Shown here one piece after another: positions 11,849 to 23,823 of a stretch of 64,000 nt of DNA. Below the pieces are notes generated by a model. It made no database searches. It was not told the origin of the DNA and was given only the letters and a program-made list of their open reading frames with translations. Position 1 is the stretch's first letter. The number at the start of each line of letters is the position of its first letter. Source of the DNA: Blepharisma stoltei ATCC 30299 (taxonomy: Eukaryota; Protista; Ciliophora); assembly GCA_965603825.1 (NCBI GenBank), contig CBFDEM010000041.1, positions 615,472-679,471 of the forward strand, in the 5' to 3' direction. The position numbers and the translations under genes were made by a program.

Positions 11849-12922
11849 TTATTGGCTATTAGACATATTTTTTGTTATTTTTTGTATTCCGTCAATAATG
11901 CCATCCGCAAAACTGTAATTTGAAATTATTTTGTTTATTCTTGGCTTCTTATTAAGCCATGCCCCCAGCTCTTCTTCATAGTTTCCGACTATAATTCCTC
12001 AGATTTCTCCTTTAAACATATCAATATCATTTCCCGAATCCCCAGCTGCGATCATATATTTTTCTTCAAAATTGAAAAATGCCTTTGCAAAGGCTACTCC
12101 AGTGTTTTTACCTCCATTTTGCGCTGTGATGTGAAAATTTTTTCACTCCAGATTATCTCCTGCTATAATAATTTTTGCCTTTATTATTTTCCCATACCTC
12201 ATCAAATTTTCATGATTTTTAAAATATAATTTCAACGCTGAAGAATGCAGCAAAAAATCCTGCATGTTAGCTTTCATTCAGATTTTTAGCTTGTGGACGT
12301 TATTTTCAGCAGGCGTATAAAGCCATGGAAAATCTTTTGCTATGATTTGTTGGACTGTTGAAGAATCCCAATGCTCAAGATCATAAAGATCAGAAATGTT
12401 TTCATGAAGAATATACTCCCCTGACAATTTATCAATTGTATAAGCTTCAACTCCAGCGCCTGTAATGAGCAAATCTGGCTCTAATAGTTCAAAGCCATCA
12501 TTAAGCAAGCTTATATATCGACAAAAATCTCGGCCAGTGTTATAAACTAATTTTGAGCCAGAAAATAAGTGTTTTCTTATTCAATATTCATTAAATCTTA
12601 TCAACGCAGATCTTGCTACTTCATTGTATCCTACAAGGGTGTTATCAAGATCTGATAAAAGCATTATTTTCTGGTTATTTGTTTCAATTTCTATTAGTTT
12701 CTCATCATAAATAGCAAATTCTCCATCATGATCTATTTCAAAGCTTAAAGTTTCCTGATTTTCTTCATCAATAATCTTAAAACACCCCAAAAAATTGCTC
12801 GACACAAATTTTCAATTTCTCCTTTCAGGATCATCTGACATTTGTAGCAGAATGGTTTCTTCATTATCCTTGAACCTCAAAAAAGCCCTTGCTTTGGAAG
12901 TTCTATAATGAATTAAAACCAT
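11849..12922 (-). CDS. Sucrose-phosphate-phosphatase-like HAD IIB hydrolase with N-terminal extension
   Basis: Single frame with TGA=Trp. Motif I MLLSDLDNTL, ALIRFNEYW, LVYNTGR, PDLLIT, GGK, motif IV AAGDSGNDIDMF, GIIVGN; TAA at 11849. Confidence 0.85.
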
Positions 12923-12969
12923 ATATCATTAAGCATATTTTTAACTTTAAAGTTAACTTTTATAATTTT

Positions 12970-13848
12970 CTAAAAATATATTTCGTGTGCTTCACGGATT
13001 TTGGCTTTACATATTGGGCATAAAATAGATGTGATTCTCCGGTTGACTTTTGAATTGATTTTTAAATTCATTTTTCTTTCGCAGCAGTCTTTGCAGGTTA
13101 CTATATGATTGCAGGGAAGAAAAATTACTTTTTTTAAGGACTGTCCACAGAAATAGCACTCTATTTTAAGCTCTTCTGTCTTTATTTGTGTATGCTGCTC
13201 TTCCAGCTCTATATTTAGATTTCTTATTATTTCTTGTGTCTTTAGGATATTTTCATCTCTTTCTTTAATTTCTTTGCACAGGCTCATACCACTTTGAAAA
13301 TAGTGGTGTTGCTCATTTACTTTTTCAGCAAATTCGTCCTTTAGCCCTCGGAATGCGTTTATCTGTGCTTGATTTTCAATTCTGAGCCATTTAATGTAAT
13401 TCATATACTGAGCAGCATGTTCTCCAAACAATTCGCTGATAGTAAATTTAAATAATGCAAACTTATAGCCATCAAAAAATGAGCCGAGCCCTGGGCGATC
13501 TGACACATGAGCCATCAAATAGATAAAATCATTTGAAGGGTTAATAAATTCAGCCATCATTATATGGCCGCTTGAGTCTATTCCTTGTGAAAGCATTCTT
13601 TCAATAAAGTGCAGTGAGGCTTTAGTCTGATCAGAATCTGTGACTTCGCTGAATAATGCACAAATGTGAGTCACCATTGACTCATTGAAAAGGAAAATCA
13701 AGTAAGGAAACTCATCTATTAAAGTTAATCTCTCATAATATAGTTCTGCAATATAAGGAACTGATGTTATCTGCTGGAGCGACTGAAGTTGGAGATCTCC
13801 ATCCTTGAACTTCAAGTTTATTGGTGTATTGATGAGTGTTTTTTGCAT
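12970..13848 (-). CDS. C-terminal C3HC4 RING-finger protein (E3 ligase-like)
   Basis: CYFC...FLPCNHIVTCKDC...CPICK preceded by a coiled coil. Confidence 0.85.
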   Translation of the reverse strand: MQKTLINTPINLKFKDGDLQLQSLQQITSVPYIAELYYERLTLIDEFPYLIFLFNESMVTHICALFSEVTDSDQTKASLHFIERMLSQGIDSSGHIMMAEFINPSNDFIYLMAHVSDRPGLGSFFDGYKFALFKFTISELFGEHAAQYMNYIKWLRIENQAQINAFRGLKDEFAEKVNEQHHYFQSGMSLCKEIKERDENILKTQEIIRNLNIELEEQHTQIKTEELKIECYFCGQSLKKVIFLPCNHIVTCKDCCERKMNLKINSKVNRRITSILCPICKAKIREAHEIYF

Positions 13849-14753
13849 GGCTTTGTATTACTATAAATGGATTTGCTTAATCATCATATTTTTTATCCCA
13901 CTTTCTGACTGTAAAGTTAATGATGATTTCGATCAGTAAGGGGAAATTATTCAAATTAAATTTGAGAATATAAAAAGTATTAATGCATTTTAATTGGGTG
14001 AATAATATGAGCGTAAAAGTAAAATCAGTTTTTTAAGGGAAGTTTTGCACAAAAATGGATACCGAAAATAAATTTGAATAATTTTTCGGAATTTACTTCT
14101 TAAAAGCTTAGAATTTACAACCGATCCAAAGATTTTGGAAAAAAAATAAATAAAATAACTGACTGGTTTTATTCTTTATAATTTTATCTCAAAACAAGTA
14201 TCATAAAGCAACTCGTTTTACTTAAAAATTAAAATTATATATCTTGTCAAATAAATCTAGTTAAGTAACCCTTGCAACGCATTATATTTGTTATGCATTA
14301 AAAATTATTTGCTAAAGAACAAAAATCTTTTGTTTTGCGCAAATAAGAAAACGATATATATTTATGAAAATAGAAATGCCATTAATAAATATTTTGGCGA
14401 TTCAATATGTAAGATACTATGGAAAATAAAATTTTAACTCAGAGGGTTGACTTCTGCAAACGATTATTTGATTTTTCATTTAAGCAAAATACTAATGTAC
14501 AGCTATTTCATTTGCGTCCTTATTATCAATTAGTGATTTTTACTCTTTTGTTTTATCAAATTGCTCAATAAGGAAAAAGGAATCTCTGAAATTCAAAAAC
14601 TTTTATATCGGATTTTGTCATGAATATAGTAATATACGTTGTAAAATCCTTCTAAGTATCGTTTTCCTCTATAACTTTTATTATTCTGATATAAATAATA
14701 AATTCTCCATGAATTTTCACAATGATTCATAATAAAGTTCCACGTATATAAAA

Positions 14754-15899
14754 ATGAAGTGGGCAGTACCCTTATTTTTAGTATCTCTCGCATCAGCTAC
14801 AGTATACTTCCAAGAAGAGTTTGACACTAATTGGGAGTCCAGATGGGTGAATTCTAACTGGAAAACTGACGGGTCTCAAGCTAAATTCAGGAGATCAGCA
14901 GGAGATTGGTATGTAGATGCTGAAAAAGATCAAGGTCTCCAGACCACTGAAGACTACAGATTCTATGGCATCTCAAGCAAATTCCCAGGCTTCTCAAACC
15001 AAGGCAAGCCTCTTGTTGTGCAATTCACAGTAAAGATGGAAAGAAATGTGGACTGTGGTGGAGGATACATTAAGATCCTTCCAGATGGATTCGACCAAAG
15101 CACCTTTGGCGGTGACACTCCATATCTAATCATGTTCGGGCCTGATATTTGTGGTAGCGAAAAAAAGACTCACTTAATCGTTGCTTACAAAGGAAAGAAT
15201 TACCTCAACACAAAAAGGTTCAGATGCGAGATTGATAGCTTCACACACCAATACACAGCCATTTTCCACCCTGATAACACCTATGAGTTTTTAATTGACG
15301 ACCAAGAAGTCTCCAAAGGAAAACTTGAAGAGCATTGGGACATTTTGCCTAAAAAAGAAATCAAAGACCCAAGCGCCAAAAAGCCAGAAGATTGGGTAGA
15401 TGAGCCAACTCTGCCAGACCCTGAAGACAAGAAGCCAGAAGGTTGGGACGATATCCCTGAGTTAATTTCAGACCCTAGCGCATCTAAGCCTGAAGATTGG
15501 GAAGATAAAGACGGTGAATGGAAAGCTCCAATGATCCCTAACCCAGACTACAAAGGCGAATGGAGGCCAAAGATGATACCAAACCCAGGCTACAAAGGCC
15601 CATGGACTGCCCCACTGATCCCTAACCCTGATTACGTCGAAGAGCCTAACCTACACGCTTTTGGCACTTATGGAGGCGTCGGCATTGAGCTCTGGCAAGT
15701 CACCTCCGGGATGATTTTCGACAATATCATCATCACCGACAGCGTCGAAGAAGCAAAAGCATTTTCAGAAAAAAATTTCGCTTATAGAAAAGCCGGAGAA
15801 CCTGACGCAAAGAAAGTCTACGATGACGCTGAAGAAGCCAAAAGACCAAAACCAGCAGAGCCAGAAGAGCACGACTTTGAAGGAAGAGAAGACCTTTAA
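14754..15899 (+). CDS. CALR: Calreticulin
   Basis: Signal peptide, DCGGGYIK, IMFGPDICG, P-domain repeats KPEDW/GEWK, GIELWQV, C-terminal ER retention signal REDL. Confidence 0.97.
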   Translation: MKWAVPLFLVSLASATVYFQEEFDTNWESRWVNSNWKTDGSQAKFRRSAGDWYVDAEKDQGLQTTEDYRFYGISSKFPGFSNQGKPLVVQFTVKMERNVDCGGGYIKILPDGFDQSTFGGDTPYLIMFGPDICGSEKKTHLIVAYKGKNYLNTKRFRCEIDSFTHQYTAIFHPDNTYEFLIDDQEVSKGKLEEHWDILPKKEIKDPSAKKPEDWVDEPTLPDPEDKKPEGWDDIPELISDPSASKPEDWEDKDGEWKAPMIPNPDYKGEWRPKMIPNPGYKGPWTAPLIPNPDYVEEPNLHAFGTYGGVGIELWQVTSGMIFDNIIITDSVEEAKAFSEKNFAYRKAGEPDAKKVYDDAEEAKRPKPAEPEEHDFEGREDL

Positions 15900-15918
15900 A
15901 TAAATCAGATTATTTATA

Positions 15919-16398
15919 ATGATTAAAAATTTATTACTTCAAAGAAATTCAGAGAATGGTAAAAAAGTATATGGGGTGAGTTTTGATTATAACGAACTCG
16001 TAGAAAGGCTTAAAAAAATCAAAAATGTTGATGACGCCAATGAAAGTCTGAGACTAGGAATGTCAAAGACAAGCTTTTATAAAAAAGTTAAAAATCTTTC
16101 GAGAGTTAAAAGCAACTCAAGAAAAAATTTAAGCACGCTGAGGGTAAAAGAGTTTATGGCAGAGCTGGAAGATGAGAAGAAAAGTGGAGATAATACGGGA
16201 AGATTGCAAACGGCAAGGCTAAAAAGTGCGAATTTAATAAGGTCGAAGTCAAGTATTGGGATCGAAAAAAGGGCTGGGCAGAGCAAGAGTCCACCCAAGC
16301 AGCCACCATTAGCGAATTTGCCACAAAAGATAAGCTGGGGAGATATTTACCAAAAGGTTAAAAATACTAAATCATATGTGAAGCCTAAATTAATATAA
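15919..16398 (+). CDS. Hypothetical basic protein
   Basis: ATG-TAA ORF of 159 aa. Confidence 0.65.
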   Translation: MIKNLLLQRNSENGKKVYGVSFDYNELVERLKKIKNVDDANESLRLGMSKTSFYKKVKNLSRVKSNSRKNLSTLRVKEFMAELEDEKKSGDNTGRLQTARLKSANLIRSKSSIGIEKRAGQSKSPPKQPPLANLPQKISWGDIYQKVKNTKSYVKPKLI

Positions 16399-16416
16399 AT
16401 TATTGTAATATGTGAA

Positions 16417-17157
16417 TTAGTCGTCGTCTGAGATGTCAGGGTCTATGTATTTAGGGCTTAGCTCTTTTAAGGTCGTTTTTTCTCATTCAATAAGAGAGCT
16501 TACAGCTCGGTTTTCTTCTTCTGCTTTCATAATTTTGACCTTATCATTCCATTTTGTTCTAAATGGACTAGTTGACTGAACAGAGCTTGGCGTTATGCTT
16601 TTGCTTTTATTTGTCATTGTGCTTCCAACAACTAGACCTCCAATATTATGAAAATTTGTATTAATTCTCCTTGATTTCTCATTTACTGCTCCAATTGAAA
16701 ACCTGTATGCTTTATTATCGACTTCAGGGAACAGTTTGTTTTTCCCTATAATTTTTTCATATATATCGTCCTCATTGTTTGGGAAGTCTTTTCTGTCATT
16801 TCTTATAGAAGTAGATTTACTATTAAAGGTAGCTTCATGCTGAAGTTTATCATAAAAAGGGAAAAACCTTATATGCTTTTTATCAGGCTTTGGCTTTGAA
16901 GGTTTTATATCAAATTCGTTTTTCTTTTGTCAAGTATTAATGAAATTTCCGTTAACTTTTTTAAAACAAGGCTTCCATTCTAACACATTAGTGCATTCAG
17001 CTATATCAAAATGTCTTCTGCCTTTCAATCTTTCGATTCCTTGGCTTGTTTCTTCTATTAAACCTTTAATTTTGACTTCTGGAAGAGAAATTGGCCCGGT
17101 AATTTTTTTTCCTCCTTGGAATTTGCAAGGAGTTGCACCATCCCAATCATAAAGCAT
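16417..17157 (-). CDS. Hypothetical protein (TGA=Trp)
   Basis: ORF 16930-17256 continues past TGA without TAA/TAG to 16417; likely ATG at 17155-17157 (MLYDW). Confidence 0.7.
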
Positions 17158-17415
17158 TTTAGGACAGTAAGTAAATGTTAATTTAAATTTAATACTTTTT
17201 AATCTCTTTAATAAGAAAATTGCTTTATTTGCAATATAAAAAATGTAAAAATTCATATTAATTCACCAATAGAAGCAATCAGCATAAAGGATAATTTTTA
17301 GTATATTTTTCTATATAAAGAAATTCTATGGCCGATCGCTAATTTCGGCGAACATTAGCCAGATAAATTTCTCCTATTGATTTAATTATTAACATAGTTC
17401 TAGAATGGCATAATA

Positions 17416-19536
17416 ATGATTAAAAAGGTTTTGATAATAACTCTCTTAGGAATTTGTCTTTTTTACATCGGAAGTTTTGCTAGTGACCACAGAAGACAAA
17501 TCGTAAACTTCATTAATGAAGTCACTCCTCCGAAATATTCCTCTAATAATCCGAAAATTAGCACTGTTTCATATCCCTATCATGGTCCGATAATTTCAGA
17601 TAAAGACACTGAAGAGTTCAACTCTTCTAGCTATTTCACAGATGATAGACCTCCTCCAATATTTAAAATTGATGACACAGAATCATTAAGAAGCTTAAAT
17701 CTTGCCTGCCAGCCAGAAATTTATGGCTACTCCATCGACCAAGGAGACGTAATTTTTCCACGTCATGGATACCCAAAATGTCCTGCTGTAACAAATTTGA
17801 ACCAGAGCTATATTTTTGTAGACACTGAGGACGATAAGTTATATATGAACTGTCCAGGACCCTATAAAGGCAGATTTTTATTTGGACCCACAAATGATAA
17901 AAAATTGGTTTTGAGAAATGAAATTGAAGACTTTTGGCAGGTTTGAGACTATGATGAACCAGAGCCTTTAGATGAGGAAGTAGAATTTGCTTTGGGATCG
18001 TGCGATAGCAGTAAATCAGCTTATCTTATACAAGCGAGTATGAACCCACAGTTTAATAAAACAGCATATGAATATGCTAAAGAGAGGACTGAAGGAAAAC
18101 CAAAAATTATTTTTATGCTGACGCTGGATTCAATGTCCCGTAGACATTTTTTCAGAAAAATGCCAAAAACTATTGATTTTTTGAATTCTTTAAACCAAAA
18201 TGAATCAGATTATTGGGCTTTTGATTTTAAATTGCACAATATCCTGGGCCCAAATTCTGTGGGTAATCAGGTACCTATTTTTGGAGGAAAAGATAGGTTT
18301 GTTAAGACTTTTAAAGGAGATCAAAATATTGATTACTTAGGGGAAAAAGCCCTTTGGAATATTTTGAGAGAAAAAGGATACATAAGTCTCTTTGGTCTTG
18401 AAAACTGTGATAATTATTTTCCAAAGTCCCTGGGCAGAAAACCAAACGTTGACTACGCAATAAACCAATTTTTTTGTGCAGTCTATAAATACACAGACTA
18501 TAAATTCGACAAAGAAGCCGTTCTAAAACAAAGATGCCTCGGAGCCTACATGACTCATTATTACCCTCTTAATTATACCTATAACCTTGCCCAAATGAAT
18601 CAAGGTGTCAATATGTGACTTTATCTTCATCTAAATGGTGCCCATGAAGCTACAGGCTTGCATGCAGAAACAATGGATGACGACGTGATGGATTTTGTCA
18701 AAAAATTCCTTACTGATTTTGGAAAAGACAATGATATCATTATGTTTTTGCACGCAGATCACGGAATGAGATATGGAAACTGATATAAAGACCTTCCAGC
18801 ATATCAAGAAAACAAACTCCCTGGGCTGTTTGCAATAGCTGGAAGGCAGTTTATAGAACAAAATGATAAAACTTATTCCGTACTTACATTAAATACCCAA
18901 AGATTGACCTCAAAAATGGACCTAAGAAAGAGCATTCTATATCTGGCTGGAATTAAGGAAAATACAAAATATGGCGTCAATTTATTTGAAGAAGTCGCTC
19001 ATAAAGGCAGAACTTGTGAAAAGGCAGGAATTGAGCCATGGGATTGTTCATGTAGAGAAATGAAACTTATAGAAGAACCAGATCAAGAATTAGAAGATTT
19101 TATACTCAGGCTTGCGGATCAAGTCCAAGCTACAATAAACACAGAAAGTTATGCTTCAAAAAAGCATGATAAAAACATAATTTGTGAAAAAATCGAGATT
19201 AAGGGTGTTGAAAATACCTATAATTTCCAAATTTCTAATGTGGAAGAGTTTTTCAAGCTGGAAATGACCGTTAAGCACTACCCAAAAGTAAAATTCCAAG
19301 CAAATATATTGGTGAGTTCTCAGTACTCGGACAGATTTAAATATAATGATGTGAAATATATGGTAGAACATGACACGTTTAGAAAGGCACCAATAATGAT
19401 TAGAGTAAAAAATATTTAGATTTTGAATATATCAAGGCTTGATAAGTATGCAGGTCCTTGCGAACTTAAAGCTATCCAGGCGGGGCTTAGGGGCGATACG
19501 TGCATATGTAAAGAGGGGTATAAAAAAGAAAAATAA
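17416..19536 (+). CDS. DUF229 family (alkaline phosphatase/sulfatase superfamily) signal-anchored protein, copy 1
   Basis: N-terminal TM segment; DSMSRRHFFRKMPKT, HADHGMRYG, ENKLP; TGA at 17944, 18616 and 18781; 15-nt intron 19405-19419; Cys-rich end, TAA at 19534-19536. Confidence 0.85.
19405..19419 (+). other. 15-nt intron (position conserved in the paralog at 22243-22257)
   Basis: GTAAAAAATATTTAG vs GTAATCTTTATCTAG; the downstream exons are nearly identical at protein level (SRLDKYAGPCELKAIQAGLRGDTCIC). Confidence 0.9.
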
Positions 19537-20256
19537 AATAAATATCATATTTAATTTGCTTAATAAGGACTTATGAATTTTATTAAGATGTAACGCATAA
19601 AAATGTTTACTCCTTATAAGGTTTTTTTGTATAGCCTAATATCTAGGTTGATATTGATTAAAATGCTTCTAATCTAATAGCAGTTTTTGATTCTTGAAAT
19701 GGCTGAGTGGCAAATAGGATCTGGCAAGTAAGCACGCTTTTATAGAATATAAATCTGGTAAATTTACCTTTTATAATGGAATTGACTAAATTTAGCATAG
19801 CAAGAGCTTTAATAAATATGATTTTGAATTTTAAGCATGAAAGAAAGCTCTTATTTAATTTATTGAGTTTATCTTTTATGTGCCATTAAAAAAATCTTAA
19901 GACTTTGATTAAAATAACCATAAATACATTCCTTTATATATAAATAGTTCTTACTTTTCTCAGAAAGAAGTTAGAACTTTTTGCATTTAATATAATTTCT
20001 CAAGCTTATTCAAAATAATTTAGCATTATTCATTCAATTTTATTTTAATAAATCTTCTTAAATTAAATGAAAACCTGATTTTAGATTTATTTATTTCAGC
20101 ATTGTCAATATGGTCATTAATACATTAGCTTTCCTCATGTTCATAGCAATTATAATCTTTAATCCTTTGAATAAAAAAATTATGCAATTTGTAGCTGTAA
20201 ATATAAATCCAAAATCATTTTCACCATAATCTCTAATCTCTTTTGTATATTTATAA

Positions 20257-22374
20257 ATGCCGAAGAAAATTTTATTGATAATTCTTGGGTGCTTATGCAT
20301 TCTTTATATAAGAAACACTGTTATCACAAATAGACGGAAAATAGCTGCTTTTATTGAGAATACTACTCCTTCTAAATATTCGTCAAATAATCAGGAAATC
20401 AGCACTGTTTCATATCCTCATCGAAAATTCGTCCCTTTATCAAATCATTCTGACGCATTTTCAGAGATTGCCAAAATATCTGTAAAGCCTCCTGGGATTT
20501 TTAATATTGATGACACAGAAAATTTAAGAACCCTAGGCTTGGCATGCCAGCCTGAAAGTTATGGCTATTCAAAACAGCAAGGCGATCATGTTTTTCCTTA
20601 TCATGGATATCCTAAGTGCTCTGATTTAAACAACCAAACAGAAAGCAGGGTGTATTTAAGCACAGAAGACGGCAAAATCTATATGAAATGCCCTGAGAAA
20701 TTCAGAGGGAGACTTGTTACTGGGCCAATTAACGACAAAAAAATAGTCCTCAGAGGGGAAGTTGAGGATTTGTGGGAGCCGATTAAGTATGAAGAGCCAC
20801 TTCTTTTAGACGAAAAGACAGAATTTGCTCTAGGGTCTTGTGACGAAAACCCTAATAATTGATATAAAGAAGCCCATATGACTCCAAGATTTAATGAGAC
20901 TGCTTATAATATGGCAAAATCTAAAACCAAAGGAAAACCAAAAATAATTTTTATGCTTACTTTGGATTCCTTATCAAGAAGGCATTTTTTCAGAAAATTG
21001 CCAAAAACAGTGGATTTTTTGAACTCATTAAATCATGAAAATTCTGAATATTGGGCTTTTGATTTTAAGCTTCATAATATTTTAAAGCCAAATTCCGTAG
21101 GCAACCAAGTCCCTATATTTGGAGGAATTGAAAAATTCGTAGAATTTTTCGAAGGAAACCAAAATATAGACTACCTTGGAGATACTGCTCTATGGAACAT
21201 TTTGCGAGAAAAAGGCTATATCAGCTTATTCGGGCTTGAAAATTGTGACAACTATTTTCCTAGGTCTTTAGGAAGGATGCCAAATTTTGATTATACAGTA
21301 AACCCTTTTTTCTGTGCAATTTATAAATACACAGATTATAAGTTTGATAAAGACGCAGTATTAAAACAGCGATGTTTAGGCCCATATATGACTCATTATT
21401 ACCTATTAAATTACACAGATAATCTTGTCAGGATGAATCAAGGAGTCAACCAATGGCTTTATCTCCATTTAAACGGTGGCCACGAAGCTACAGGGCTACA
21501 CGCAGAAACCATGGACGAAGACATCACTGATTTCCTTAAAAAGTTTTTATCTAAATATAGCAAAGATAACGAAATTATTTTATTTTTGCATGCAGACCAT
21601 GGAATGAGATATGGAAACTGGTTTAAAGATCTCCCAGCATACCAAGAAAATAAGCTTCCTTCTTTATTTTTTATTGCAAGACGTGAATTTATAGATAGCT
21701 ATGATAAAGCATTCCAAATTTTGACATTAAATACAGAAAGATTGACGTCTAAAATGGACCTGAGGAAGACCCTTCTTTATATAGCAGATGTCCATGAAGA
21801 CACAAAGCATGGAATCAACCTACTAAAAGAAGTCGTCCCAAAGGAAAGGACGTGCAATGATGCTGGGATTAATCCTTGGGATTGCTCATGTACTGAGATG
21901 AAAATTATTAAAAATCCAGATGCTGAGCTGAAAGGGCTGATTGAAAGAATGGCTGATTTGCTGCAGTTTACGATAAATTCTGAAGCATATGCGTCAGCCA
22001 AGCATAAAAAAGGAAATATTTGCCAAAAAATTGAGGTTAATGAAATAGAAAAAGTTTATAATTTCCAAATTTCCAACGTCGAAGAATTTTTTAAACTAGA
22101 AGTTTCTGTGAAAAATCACCACTCAGTGAAATTTCAATCAAGTATATTAGTAAGTTCAGAAAATTCTGACCGGCTAGACTATGATCCTATTAAATATAAT
22201 GTTGAAACCGATTCATTCAGAGGCGCTCCTATCAAACTTCGAGTAATCTTTATCTAGATTTTAACCATTTCCAGGCTTGACAAATACGCTGGCCCTTGTG
22301 AGCTAAAAGCAATCCAAGCCGGTCTAAGAGGAGACACCTGCATATGTTCGGAAACCTACACAAATTATGACTAG
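20257..22374 (+). CDS. DUF229 family protein, copy 2 (tandem paralog)
   Basis: Collinear and highly similar to copy 1; TGA at 20860; intron 22243-22257 at the same position as in copy 1; TAG at 22372-22374. Confidence 0.85.
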
Positions 22375-22411
22375 AGAATTTATTAATTAAAATTAGTGTA
22401 TAATCATTAAT

Positions 22412-23806
22412 ATGATTTCAGACGTAAAATTCCAAAGAAACAGCGAGACCCCAAATCGCGCAGAAAAATCAAGGTCAATGATAAACTTAGACTATAAACC
22501 TGCAATTTTAAGCCAATTTAAAGAAAAAATCCAAAACACTTCTAGAGGGAATTTTTCAGAAATCCCAGTTATCGAATTTTCACAAAAAGAAAATTTGAAA
22601 GATTTTCAAAATAAATCTAGCATCAGTTTTCATGACCATAATAAATCAGACCTCTGTATAGATGAGCTGAAGAAGCAAAAAATAGAAAAATCGTATCGGA
22701 ATACCAGTTTAAGCCAGATGAATTCACATCATCCTAGGATTATTCCCATGCAGGATAGAGACTTGAATTTTAAAATATTGAAATATGAAGAAGATAAAAG
22801 AGAACTAAACAAAGCTCAAGAAAAACTAAAAAAAGACCAATCAGTTGTAGAAAAACAGCTTAATATCATTGATAGAAAATTGACAGAAATGCAAAATCTC
22901 AAGGAGAAACTTGATATGTCTATAGCTAAAAAAAACGAAAATATAAGGGCAAAAGAAGATGAAATATTTAGAAAAGAAAAAGAGCTCGCAAAGGAAAGAC
23001 TTCTTTTTGAAGAAGAAAAACAACAATGGGAAACTCATATAGCTGCAAAGCTGAAAGATATCATAAATCGAGAAAAAGCTTTAGAAAGTGACCAAAATGA
23101 CCTTGATAAAGAGCTTGAAAGATCTAAACAAATAGGAGAAAAATTACAGAAAATTCAATTGGACATAAAAGAAAAAACAAGCCTACTTGATCAAAGAGAA
23201 AAAAAATTTTTGGAAAATGAGGATTGTTACTGGAAAAATAATGAAAAATTCCAAATGATGATTGAAGATATAAATGGATGTGAAGACAGAATAGTTGAAT
23301 ATGAAGGGAAATTATTAATAAAAGAAAATGCTTTAATAGAGCTAGAAGAAGAAATTGAAGAAAAAAGGCTTGATATCGAAAAAACGTCTGAAATGTTTGA
23401 AGATATTGATAGACATCTTAAAGAGGTTAGTCTTGGAATTGAGTATGAAAAAAACCAATTAAAAATCCAGTGGGAAGAATTAAAAACAGAAAAATCTTTA
23501 TTGAAAGATAAAGCTATCAGAATTAAGCTGAAGAATGAAAAATTGAAATATAAAGCTCAAAATATTTCATACCAAGAAGAAATGCTTGCAGGGAGAAAAA
23601 AAACACTCGAAAAAGTCATAATGATAAGAGAAGCTTCATTCAATGAAAACAGCGAAATAAAACCCAAAAAAGCAGTATTAAATGATTCCAAACAAGAAAA
23701 CTACGATAAAAACCAAACCATTATGAACGGGAGCTACGCAACCCCTCAAGATGTATTAACCCCTAGAAGCCAATCAAGCAATGAAAGTTTTAACTACGAA
23801 TTTTAA
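22412..23806 (+). CDS. Long coiled-coil protein
   Basis: 464-aa E/K-rich heptad ORF. Confidence 0.8.
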   Translation: MISDVKFQRNSETPNRAEKSRSMINLDYKPAILSQFKEKIQNTSRGNFSEIPVIEFSQKENLKDFQNKSSISFHDHNKSDLCIDELKKQKIEKSYRNTSLSQMNSHHPRIIPMQDRDLNFKILKYEEDKRELNKAQEKLKKDQSVVEKQLNIIDRKLTEMQNLKEKLDMSIAKKNENIRAKEDEIFRKEKELAKERLLFEEEKQQWETHIAAKLKDIINREKALESDQNDLDKELERSKQIGEKLQKIQLDIKEKTSLLDQREKKFLENEDCYWKNNEKFQMMIEDINGCEDRIVEYEGKLLIKENALIELEEEIEEKRLDIEKTSEMFEDIDRHLKEVSLGIEYEKNQLKIQWEELKTEKSLLKDKAIRIKLKNEKLKYKAQNISYQEEMLAGRKKTLEKVIMIREASFNENSEIKPKKAVLNDSKQENYDKNQTIMNGSYATPQDVLTPRSQSSNESFNYEF

Positions 23807-23823
23807 ATAAATTTTATTTATAG

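Noticed and set aside
13850-14750. Long 900-bp intergenic region as a possible retained IES, transposon or ncRNA
   Set aside because: No terminal inverted repeats, tRNA-like structure or credible ORF is visible; it is consistent with a divergent promoter region.
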